Origin: Actinomycetes bacterium
Lineage (GTDB): Bacteria; Actinomycetota; Coriobacteriia; Coriobacteriales; JAEZXW01
Length of the DNA stretch: 64,000 nt
Reading direction: 5' to 3'
Assembly: GCA_023419515.1 (NCBI GenBank)
Contig: JAEZXW010000028.1
Coordinates: forward strand, 6,411 to 70,410
Shown: positions 8,633 to 16,609 of the stretch, piece after piece
How positions within the stretch are numbered: the stretch's first letter is position 1
Layout of the letters: every line of letters begins with the position of its first letter
Notes under the pieces: generated by a model
The model's input: only the letters and a program-made list of their open reading frames with translations
Told to the model about the DNA's origin: nothing
Databases searched by the model: none
Translations under genes and position numbers: made by a program

Positions 8633-10156
8633 TTAGGCGGCAGCCTCTGAGGCAGCATCTGAGCGCTGCTGCAATACCTTGATGGTAAAGACGCCGATTG
8701 CCACGAGGACAAGAGCAACGCCCAAGCCAATCCAACCGTTTTGCGTAAAGCCTGCCACGAGGTAGGCAATAAACGATGGGATGGCGGCACATAGTGCATA
8801 CGGGATCTGGGTCGTGACGTGCGTGAGGTGTGAAACACCAGCGCTTGCCGAAGACAAGATCGTCGTGTCGCTGATTGGTGAGATGTGGTCACCATTGGCA
8901 GCGCCTGCCAGTACAGCTGCGATCGAAATCACCATGAGGCTTGAGAGGCCATCGTTAAAGACGGTGACGATGATCGGGATCAAGATACCAAAGGTTCCCC
9001 AGCTCGTACCTGTTGCGAACGCGAGTCCCAGTGCAAAGAGGTAGAAGCAGGCAGGTACCAGGGCAAGTGCTACGTTGTGTGACTCGATGAAGCTTGAGAC
9101 AAACGCGCCACACTCGAGGTATCCTTCGCCCGAAACACCCGAGAGTGTCCATGCGAGCGTCAGGATCAAGATAGCTGGCACCATGGCGTTAAAGCCCTCA
9201 GTTAGGCAGGCATTAAACTCCGCAAAGCTCATGAGCCTTTCTGTCAGATACAAAACTGCCGTTACAAAGATGGTAAGCATGCTGCCCAAAACCAGTGAAA
9301 ACGCAGCATCACAGTTGGCAAATGCATCGATGATGTTCTTGCTCTCTAAGATACCGCCGGTCACTAGCATAAAGCAGATACACGAGACGACAAGCACCGC
9401 GATCGGGATGATGAGGTCGTGGATCTTACCCTGGCGAGAGCCGCTCATTGCCTCTTCAGGAAGTTTAGCTTCGATGCTGTCAAAGGTATTTGTGCTCTCA
9501 AGCATCTGCTCATGAGCGCGCATCTTGGAGAAGTTTAATCCCAGTGCGGTGATCACGAAGAGTAAAAAGAGCGAGCTCAATGCATAGAAGTTATAGGGAA
9601 TCGCCTGCAAAAAGAGGTTAAATCCATCGATTGAGCTCGTCTCGGGTAATGAGCTTGAAACAGCAGCTGCCCAGCTTGAGATCGGCATGATGATGCAGAT
9701 CGGCGCTGCGGTTGCGTCGATGATGTACGAGAGCTTTGCGCGGCTGATCTTGAACTTATCGGTGACAGGCTTCATGACCGTACCGACGGTCAGGCAGCTA
9801 AAATAGTCGTCAACAAAGATAAGAGCACCCAGGCCGGCGGTCAGCCCCTCTGCTTGGCGTTTGCTTTTGATCTTGGAAGCAGCCCATTGGCCATAGGCTT
9901 TGGTAGCACCTGACTTCTGGACAAGCGCGACGATCATGCCCAGCAAGACGAGAAATACTACGATGTTAACGTTGTTCGATACCTTTGTTCCCATCACCTC
10001 AAGCGTGGTGCTTGCAGCGGCGATGATGTCAAATTGTGTGTAGAGCATAGCTCCAGTGAGAACGCCCACTAAAAGTGAGACGTAAACCTCTTTGGTTGCA
10101 AGCGCCAAAACAATTGCAATAAGCGCTGGAACCAAAGACCAAAATGTCGCTTCCAT
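8633..10156 (-). CDS. NhaC-family Na+/H+ antiporter-like membrane transporter
   Basis: Polytopic protein. The start MEATFWSLVPALIAIVLALATKEVYVSLLVG.. is the typical N-terminus of this family. The 37-codon upstream extension in the ORF track is not hydrophobic and has no SD. Confidence 0.7.
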   Translation of the reverse strand: MEATFWSLVPALIAIVLALATKEVYVSLLVGVLTGAMLYTQFDIIAAASTTLEVMGTKVSNNVNIVVFLVLLGMIVALVQKSGATKAYGQWAASKIKSKRQAEGLTAGLGALIFVDDYFSCLTVGTVMKPVTDKFKISRAKLSYIIDATAAPICIIMPISSWAAAVSSSLPETSSIDGFNLFLQAIPYNFYALSSLFLLFVITALGLNFSKMRAHEQMLESTNTFDSIEAKLPEEAMSGSRQGKIHDLIIPIAVLVVSCICFMLVTGGILESKNIIDAFANCDAAFSLVLGSMLTIFVTAVLYLTERLMSFAEFNACLTEGFNAMVPAILILTLAWTLSGVSGEGYLECGAFVSSFIESHNVALALVPACFYLFALGLAFATGTSWGTFGILIPIIVTVFNDGLSSLMVISIAAVLAGAANGDHISPISDTTILSSASAGVSHLTHVTTQIPYALCAAIPSFIAYLVAGFTQNGWIGLGVALVLVAIGVFTIKVLQQRSDAASEAAA

Positions 10157-10267
10157 AGTGCTAGCAATCCTTACTACTCTTAAGCTTCCAATACAACAAA
10201 CAGCCAATTGCCTTACCATCCCGCCGTTGCACCTGCTTGATGCACGTGCGTTCGGTAAAGTGTTCAC

Positions 10268-10295
10268 ACTCTAACGCATTACTATATTTTCTCAA
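10268..10295 (-). promoter_or_regulatory. Candidate sigma70-type promoter for the NhaC-family gene
   Basis: On the minus strand: TTGAGA-(16 nt)-TAGAGT, about 110 nt upstream of ATG 10156. Pattern match only. Confidence 0.3.
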
Positions 10296-10352
10296 GCTCC
10301 TCGCCTGTTTGAACTGCTTTTTGGTGCTAATGCGTCTGTGTGTGGTCTCAAC

Positions 10353-10389
10353 AAAAAACCACCCTGCCACAGGTCATGCGACAGGGTGG
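10353..10389 (-). terminator. Rho-independent terminator downstream of the DUF4097-like gene
   Basis: On the minus strand: CCACCCTG-(15 nt)-CAGGGTGG followed by TTTTTTG. Confidence 0.75.
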
Positions 10390-10444
10390 TTGGCGGATTA
10401 TCATCGGCGAGCGAGTGACGTGCTCTCGAAACAAGGCGTGCAGC

Positions 10445-11818
10445 TTACTCCCAAACAGCGCCAGCGTCGGTGTTTTTCTGCCAGAGCGTGATAGCGTCAT
10501 TCGGTAACAGCTGGTTACCCTTAAGGTCACGGATCAGCACGTGACCAGTTGGTGCCTCGACGTTGAGGTTACCCGTGGTGCCATCATCAAAAGTTGCCGT
10601 TGCGTTGCCTTTGATCTGCTGGTAGGCATTTGGCTGCGGCAGGACAAGCTGGTGAAGCGCATCGAGATCATATGAGCTGATATGGTACTTCATCCAATGG
10701 GTGTCATCGGTGTAGGTGATGAGATTGTCGATCTCGGGAGCAGGATCAGAAACCGAGTCACTCTTTGGCAGGCTGTAGCCCTGATTGATGCTAAAGGTTT
10801 GGCCGTCAGCGATTTTGATGTAGTAGTTTGGGTAGATCGCCAGATCGAGGTTATCGGTATCAGCCAGCTGCTTTGCGTTAAAGCGAGCAGATATATCACT
10901 CTCGTATGCATCGAGCGGCTTGATAAAGATACAGTCGATATAACCCTCACGTGAGTTCAGCCATACTTCAGGGCTGTCAATGATGATTCCGGTAATGGGG
11001 CGATTGGTCTTGATGAGGACGTGATCTGCCGTGAGCTTGGGGACATCGGTTTCGGTGAGAACCGGTTTGCCGTTTTCTTGACCATGACGAGACTGATCAA
11101 GCAGGTTATTCAAGTCGCGACCAAGCAAGAAGTACGAATAGTGCAGATTGATGCTCTTGGCCTGGATCTGCGCATTTTCGATCACCGAGCGCTCAAAGAG
11201 GATGCTCTTGGTTGAGGTTACGTTGATCAGCTTGGCATTATTGGCGTGGCCGATCGTAATATCTCCGTCAACCGTCAGGTCATTGATGTTGATATGGTCA
11301 CCAAAAATCGTAAGGCTACCCTGCCAGTTTTGAGGCACCTGCAGTTCAGCTGTGAGTTGCTTGCTTTCGGTTCTGGTCGACATCATAAAAAAGCTAAAAA
11401 AGTCAGAGAGTTGCTTGATGTCAAAAAGCTCAGGATCAAACCCAATGTTTAGGGTATCGCCCTTGACGCTGGCGATGTTGGTGCCAAATTGCTGGTCGTA
11501 GTAGACGAATTTGATCTTATCGTCATCTGATGCCACCACGTTGATATTGAGATCTTTGACCTCGATGGTATTGATGTTTTCGCCAATAAAGACCTGTGTG
11601 CTTTGGATGGGAGATTTGTATCCCGCTTCAACCGCAAGGCCGTATCCGCCACCTTTAATGACGAGCGGAACGATGAGGCACGCCAAACCAAGAACCAGCA
11701 TGATGCAGGCAGAAACTGCCAAGCGCGCTGGCGTTGACATACGCTTTTTAGGCTGCTTGAGTGGGGGAATAGGCATGCTCGGATAGGTTTTTTGCTGATT
11801 GAGATCAGGTGTTGTCAT
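10445..11818 (-). CDS. Membrane-anchored DUF4097-like (beta-helical, putative adhesin fold) protein
   Basis: N-terminal TM helix (LAVSACIMLVLGLACLIVPLVI), then repetitive beta-strand segments (INTIEVKDLNINVVASDDDKIKFVYY; LTIFGDHININDLTVDGDITIG). It is the third gene of the PadR/DUF1700 operon. The family assignment is by eye. Confidence 0.5.
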   Translation of the reverse strand: MTTPDLNQQKTYPSMPIPPLKQPKKRMSTPARLAVSACIMLVLGLACLIVPLVIKGGGYGLAVEAGYKSPIQSTQVFIGENINTIEVKDLNINVVASDDDKIKFVYYDQQFGTNIASVKGDTLNIGFDPELFDIKQLSDFFSFFMMSTRTESKQLTAELQVPQNWQGSLTIFGDHININDLTVDGDITIGHANNAKLINVTSTKSILFERSVIENAQIQAKSINLHYSYFLLGRDLNNLLDQSRHGQENGKPVLTETDVPKLTADHVLIKTNRPITGIIIDSPEVWLNSREGYIDCIFIKPLDAYESDISARFNAKQLADTDNLDLAIYPNYYIKIADGQTFSINQGYSLPKSDSVSDPAPEIDNLITYTDDTHWMKYHISSYDLDALHQLVLPQPNAYQQIKGNATATFDDGTTGNLNVEAPTGHVLIRDLKGNQLLPNDAITLWQKNTDAGAVWE

Positions 11819-11820
11819 GA

Positions 11821-12645
11821 CTACCCCTCCAATCCTGGATGACGTGGCTTGCTTGAATCATCGGCATGATTAGCCCCAATGGGCTTTGAAGCCTCAAGGG
11901 CTTGAGGTGCCACAGGAGCCTGCGCTGTATCAGGCGCCAAGGGTGCCTGAGGTGCGCTGGATGCTTGCACAGGCTGGATTGCTGATGCGCTGGCGGCTGC
12001 TTGAGACTCTTGGCTATCAATCGTCTGCGCGGACTTCTTCTTTTTGCGTGACCACGAGGTGAACAATGCTTTGGTGAGCAGTACGATGCCGTATGAGTAG
12101 TAGTAGGTCGCAAGCCCCATGATGATAGCGGAGCTCATGAAGATGAGCGCGATACCAAGGTGGGCAAGCGCGTTAAACGGAGCGCCGTGGATGACGAGCG
12201 TTACCGAGATGATCACTGAGACGACACCCAAAAGCATCAGCGCTAGGCCGATGATGAATCCTGCTGCAGCGATTGCCCAGAGTAGCAGGTAAATGCTTAG
12301 CAGGGTCACAATGATGGCTGCTAGAACAGGAATCCAAATAATTGAGGTAAGAACCAGCGCGATGATGAGCAGTGCCTTTGCCCATCCGGGAGTCTTGTTG
12401 ACCTTTTGGATGATGGCAGGAGTTGCTTCAGCTTGAGCTGCGAGATGCTCCTCATTGAGCTGGTTGAGGTTTGCGGCGATCTCTTCTGGTGCCTCGAGTG
12501 ATGCTACCGCCTCTTCTTCGGTCATACCGTCATCGATGCGGTCATCGAGTTGTTCGGCATAAAAGCGAACCATTGCCTTACGATCTTGATCGCCCATGCT
12601 TACCAGGCACGCATCAAGTCGCAACAAAAATTCATTGCGCGTCAT
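11821..12645 (-). CDS. DUF1700-family membrane protein (PadR-associated sensor) with a Pro/Ala/Gln-rich tail
   Basis: The N-terminus MTRNEFLLRLDACLVSMGDQDRKAMVRFYAEQLDDRIDDGMTEEEAVASLEAPEEIAANL is typical of DUF1700. It has 4-5 TM helices. The start overlaps the PadR stop (ATGA). Confidence 0.65.
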   Translation of the reverse strand: MTRNEFLLRLDACLVSMGDQDRKAMVRFYAEQLDDRIDDGMTEEEAVASLEAPEEIAANLNQLNEEHLAAQAEATPAIIQKVNKTPGWAKALLIIALVLTSIIWIPVLAAIIVTLLSIYLLLWAIAAAGFIIGLALMLLGVVSVIISVTLVIHGAPFNALAHLGIALIFMSSAIIMGLATYYYSYGIVLLTKALFTSWSRKKKKSAQTIDSQESQAAASASAIQPVQASSAPQAPLAPDTAQAPVAPQALEASKPIGANHADDSSKPRHPGLEG

Positions 12646-12956
12646 GATCGAGATCCCTCCTTGATAAACGCATGAACGAGCTCAATTTCTGGCCAGCTCT
12701 CAAGAAACTCCGAGATCTTAGTCTTGCCTTCATCGGTGATGCGGTAATACTTGCGCAGGCGGCCGTTGTGTTCGATCGAGTACGTCTTGAGCATCCCCGC
12801 TGCTTCGAGTCGCTTGAGGAGCGGGTAGAGCGTTGACTCTGAGATTTCGATCGCATTGCTCACGTCTTTGACGATCTGGTAGCCATACGAGTCGCCTTTG
12901 TTGAGCACCGCGAGTACACAGGTATCGAGAAGACCTTTTTTCATTTGAGCGTCCAT
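12642..12956 (-). CDS. PadR-family transcriptional regulator
   Basis: SD AAGGAGG lies 5 nt before ATG 12956. The winged helix reads LLDTCVLAVLNKGDSYGYQIVKDV..STLYPLLKRLEAAGMLKTY..GRLRKYYRITDEG. Confidence 0.85.
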   Translation of the reverse strand: MDAQMKKGLLDTCVLAVLNKGDSYGYQIVKDVSNAIEISESTLYPLLKRLEAAGMLKTYSIEHNGRLRKYYRITDEGKTKISEFLESWPEIELVHAFIKEGSRS

Positions 12957-13035
12957 GAGCACCTCCTTTCCGGGGGGGGTGATCAAAAGCATGGATGGGA
13001 CTGTGAGAGTTTAGCCAACCTATACTATGTATTAA

Positions 13036-13056
13036 ATACTATACAATGTATAGTAT
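13036..13056. promoter_or_regulatory. Perfect 10-1-10 palindrome, the likely PadR operator
   Basis: ATACTATACA-A-TGTATAGTAT. A related half-site, TATACTATGTAT, lies at 13021-13032. The palindrome overlaps the predicted -10 of the padR operon promoter. Confidence 0.6.
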
Positions 13057-13077
13057 GTCTCTCAGACTGGTTGTCAA
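13050..13077 (-). promoter_or_regulatory. Candidate sigma70-type promoter of the padR-DUF1700-DUF4097 operon
   Basis: On the minus strand: TTGACA-(16 nt)-TACTAT. Confidence 0.5.
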
Positions 13078-13105
13078 GCTACTCGGACAATTTTTTACAG
13101 GCGAT

Positions 13106-14104
13106 TTATTTGAGATTCAAAATGAGATTGGCAAGCTCAACCCAGCCATCAATGCAAGGGCGCGTGGTGGCGAGGATGGCGGGCTTGTTTTGGCGTACGG
13201 AGGATAGTGTTGTGTCGATTGCTGCGTCCGTCGTCGAGCCTGCTAATGCGTCGAGTGCTTGTTCGATGAGTTCCTCAGCTGCGGCTATGACGGCAGGGTT
13301 GCCAAGGGCGTTGTGCATGATGCACGTGAGATCACAGGCGCCTCCCATTGCCACATCGGCTGCCGAATCGCCAACTGCGATGCTCGTGCCTCTCGTTGCG
13401 TGAGCAAGCATTGCTTGATCAAACGTAACTGCTTCAAGCTTGCTGCAACCACGGGGTAGGAGATGGTAGATGTGAATCTCTTTCAAATCGAGGGAGCTAT
13501 CTTTGGCACGGATGATGCCGTTATCGATGAGCGTGAGAGGAAGGGAGCCCTCATCGAGCAGATCTTGTGCCTGAGCAACATTGATGTTGCCGCGCAGTGG
13601 AGTGCTCACGTTAAAATCCATCTGGTTAAACGGTGAGAGCTCGAGTGATCCTGCAAAGCGATCGAGGAGCTCATCGACAGCACTGCTTGCCCAGATGAGC
13701 TCACGAGGTGTTGATCCTGCTTGTGGGTCAAATGGCATTTCGCCCGTGAGATAAGTGATCGTTGCATCAACCCCGTGACCCTGTTGATGCACTGTGCCAA
13801 GCTCGGCAGCAAAGCGCTCAATTCCGAGCACGCGACAGAGCGAGGCGAGATCTTTCCTCGTACGTCCCGTCACGATCACCACGTCGATGTTTGCTGCGCG
13901 CAGGCCAACCAGCGCTTCGGCAAGCTGGGCGGAGGGGCTTCCGTCAGTTGCGCAAAGCACGCGTCCGCCGGGAGCAAGCATCGTGCCATCGAGGTCGGTG
14001 TAGATGGTGGTCACATTGCGCAACAGTTCAATGAGCTGGTGATCGCTATCAGACCCACCGATCTTCTTGGTATGAATTTGATCAATTGGACGCAAGAGAT
14101 TCAC
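13106..14104 (-). CDS. HAD-superfamily hydrolase, subfamily IIB-like sugar-phosphate phosphatase
   Basis: HAD motifs are present: IYTDLDGTML (motif I), VVIVTGRT (II) and AVGDSAADVAMG (IV). There is a large cap insertion between II and IV. Confidence 0.7.
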   Translation of the reverse strand: MNLLRPIDQIHTKKIGGSDSDHQLIELLRNVTTIYTDLDGTMLAPGGRVLCATDGSPSAQLAEALVGLRAANIDVVIVTGRTRKDLASLCRVLGIERFAAELGTVHQQGHGVDATITYLTGEMPFDPQAGSTPRELIWASSAVDELLDRFAGSLELSPFNQMDFNVSTPLRGNINVAQAQDLLDEGSLPLTLIDNGIIRAKDSSLDLKEIHIYHLLPRGCSKLEAVTFDQAMLAHATRGTSIAVGDSAADVAMGGACDLTCIMHNALGNPAVIAAAEELIEQALDALAGSTTDAAIDTTLSSVRQNKPAILATTRPCIDGWVELANLILNLK

Positions 14105-14319
14105 GGTTGCCTCATTTGCTTAACAGGTGGATTATGTTCGGGTGCAGCCATCAAGCCATTGGTTGCGGTTGTTGATGTGCTGGATCAACAGCGCGCTGTG
14201 GTCATCAACGGGCACACAAGTCCATTCAAAAAATTCTTAACGGTAAGTATTCATGAGCCGTGATAGGATTTCACAAGAAAGTTACCTATTACACAGGATT
14301 TTTGGAGAGCACGACCCCT

Positions 14320-15027
14320 ATGACTGCGGTGGATACCCACGCTGCACCAGATACTGATAAACCAGTACAGCTCGCTGCGTTTGACTACGATGGCACAATC
14401 ATCAATGGTCAGTCGGGTGAGCTTTTGGTGCACTATATGATGCGCAGCATGAAGGTACCGGTTAAAACAGTGCTCTCGGTTGGCTGGTGGGCGTTTCGCT
14501 ACAAGCTGAGGTTGCCCATTGAACAGAGCGAGGTTCGTGAGGACATCTTCAACCTGTTTACGGGTGATTCGGTCGAGGACGTGAATACGTTTTTGGGTGA
14601 GTTTCACGATGAGTTCGTCAAGCCGCTCATCAGGCCTGAGGCTTTGCAGGAGCTCAACCGCGCGCGTCAAGACGGCATGCATGTGCTTATCGTTTCGGCA
14701 TCGTTCGATGCGCTTTTGCGTCCCATGATCAGCGAGATCGGTGCCGATGCCCTGCTCGCTACTCAGATGGAGTGTACGCCCGATGGCTCACGCTACACGG
14801 GTAAGGTCAAGGGAAGGCCTGTTGAGGGCGATGAAAAGGTGAGAAGTATCACCGAATATGCAAATGAGCTCTATGGCGAGGGTAAGTGGGAGCTTGCCCG
14901 TGCGTATGGAGATCATCACAGCGATATTCCGCTGCTGGCTTTTGCGCGCGAGTCCTATGCGGTCACCCCTGATTCCAAGATGGAGCGAACGGCTCGTCGC
15001 CGGCAGTGGACAATTTGTCAGTGGTAG
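14320..15027 (+). CDS. HAD-IB (SerB-like) phosphatase
   Basis: AAFDYDGTIINGQSG (motif I), VLIVSASFD (II), GDHHSDIPLL (IV). I preferred the start at ATG 14320 (GGAGAG upstream); the ORF is open from 14260. Confidence 0.75.
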   Translation: MTAVDTHAAPDTDKPVQLAAFDYDGTIINGQSGELLVHYMMRSMKVPVKTVLSVGWWAFRYKLRLPIEQSEVREDIFNLFTGDSVEDVNTFLGEFHDEFVKPLIRPEALQELNRARQDGMHVLIVSASFDALLRPMISEIGADALLATQMECTPDGSRYTGKVKGRPVEGDEKVRSITEYANELYGEGKWELARAYGDHHSDIPLLAFARESYAVTPDSKMERTARRRQWTICQW

Positions 15028-15030
15028 CGC

Positions 15031-15549
15031 ATGAACATTACTCGTCGAACAGATTACGCAATTCGATTGATCACCGCGCTGATCGAGGCTCAAGGCAAGC
15101 CGCTTTCGGTTCGTCTTGTTGCCCAGGACTACCACGTGCCCTATTCGTTTGCCCGTTCTATCCAGCATGATCTGGTCAATGCAGGATTGATCAAATCACT
15201 CCGTGGTGCCCAAGGCGGCATGGTGCTTGCCCAAGATCCCGGTAAGATTTCACTCTTGACGATCATTGAGGCGGTGCAAGGTCCGATCGGTTTGGGCGTG
15301 TGTTCGCGAGAAGAGGGCTGGTGTCCTCGAGAAAAGCGCTGCCAATTTCACCCCGTTTGGCAGGGGCTTGATCAGATGATCCGCGATTATTTGTGCTCCG
15401 TATCTATGAAGGATGTGGTTGAGGGTACGCGTTATCCGAACCTGCCGCAGGAGTATTGGTCGGCCGAGGCGTTTATGCCGCAAAACATTAGGATGCGTCG
15501 GGCGAACAGGTTGCGCAACGATCCGTGTGCGGGCGCTTGTGACTGCTAG
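15031..15549 (+). CDS. Rrf2-family transcriptional regulator with a Cys cluster
   Basis: MNITRRTDYAIRLITAL..GKPLSVRLVAQDYHVPYSFARSIQHDLVNAGLIKSLRGAQGGMVLA. There is a C-x6-C-x5-C motif (CSREEGWCPREKRC) followed by His. The gene starts 3 nt after the HAD-IB stop. Confidence 0.85.
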   Translation: MNITRRTDYAIRLITALIEAQGKPLSVRLVAQDYHVPYSFARSIQHDLVNAGLIKSLRGAQGGMVLAQDPGKISLLTIIEAVQGPIGLGVCSREEGWCPREKRCQFHPVWQGLDQMIRDYLCSVSMKDVVEGTRYPNLPQEYWSAEAFMPQNIRMRRANRLRNDPCAGACDC

Positions 15550-15589
15550 CGTTCGCGGCGCTTGAAGTTGGGTCGATGAGGTAGGTCGC

Positions 15590-16567
15590 GTGTTCATGCC
15601 AGATTCCAAACAACAACAGATCATCGAGCAAGCGGTTTCCGATCTTATCGTAGGTCATACGTCTGAGTTGGCGGCGTTTTGTGATTACGTGCGAGAGCGC
15701 GGTAAAGAGCTCTATCGAGACTTGCCTTGGCGCAATACGCATGACCCATATCATATTTGGCTTTCTGAGGTGATGCTCCAGCAAACCCAGGTCTCACGCG
15801 TACGTGAAAAGTGGCTTGCTTGGATCGAGCAGTTTCCGACCATCGATGCTTTAAGCGCAGCGTCACAGGCCGATGTGTTGCAAGCGTGGCAGGGGCTTGG
15901 CTACAATCGGCGAGCTCTTGCGCTCAAACGTGCAGCAACGACCGTCTCTGTGCGCTACCAGGGTGAGCTTCCCGCCGATTATGAGGTGCTGCTTACCTTG
16001 GATGGGATTGGTCCAGCTACGGCAGCTGGTATTTGCGCTTTTGCCTTTGAGCAACCTTCAATCTATATCGAGACCAATGTTCGCACCGTTTTCATCGGTG
16101 CATTTCGCGACCATTTTGCCGAGGAGCTTGAAGCTAAAGGCAAGATTTCCGATAGGAGCCTCGTACCCTTTGTGCAGGTAACCTGTCCCGGACTTGCGCC
16201 TGATGAGATCAATTCAATCGCAACAATCTCGCCACGAGCTTGGTATTATGCACTTTTGGATTTGGGCGCCGAGATTAAGGCGTCAAGTACGAATGATCCC
16301 GCGCGACTTTCAGCACAATACGCCAAGCAATCAACCTTTGAAGGCTCTCATCGACAAAAGCGGGCGTTCTTGCTGCGCCACGTCCTCGGACTGCAAAGCA
16401 CTACGCTTGAACAGGCATGTGCTGCCCTCAACGAGCATGAAGATAAAGCAGGTCGCGAGCACGTGGATGCGACGTACGTTAAGGCAATTCTTGATCAATT
16501 GGCAGGCGAGGGCTTTTTGGCGACTGATCCACAGGATGTCAATCGCTGGATGTGCCCCTCCACATGA
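15590..16567 (+). CDS. HhH-GPD glycosylase of the MutY/Nth lineage, lacking the Fe-S cluster cysteines
   Basis: PYHIWLSEVMLQQTQVSRV (the MutY Glu motif) and LDGIGPATAAG (HhH-GPD) are present. DGNV is replaced by ETNV. No Cys-x6-Cys-x2-Cys-x5-Cys follows ALLDLGAEI. Confidence 0.7.
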   Translation: MFMPDSKQQQIIEQAVSDLIVGHTSELAAFCDYVRERGKELYRDLPWRNTHDPYHIWLSEVMLQQTQVSRVREKWLAWIEQFPTIDALSAASQADVLQAWQGLGYNRRALALKRAATTVSVRYQGELPADYEVLLTLDGIGPATAAGICAFAFEQPSIYIETNVRTVFIGAFRDHFAEELEAKGKISDRSLVPFVQVTCPGLAPDEINSIATISPRAWYYALLDLGAEIKASSTNDPARLSAQYAKQSTFEGSHRQKRAFLLRHVLGLQSTTLEQACAALNEHEDKAGREHVDATYVKAILDQLAGEGFLATDPQDVNRWMCPST

Positions 16568-16609
16568 GCACAGGATGCGCCTGAGCGAGCCCGAGATCCG
16601 CGTGCGACG

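Noticed and set aside
8433-8895. Minus-strand ORFs 8433-8792 and 8551-8895, which span the NhaC 3' end and the terminator region.
   Set aside because: They are out of frame with the NhaC-family gene, run through a clear rho-independent terminator, and have shadow-frame composition.
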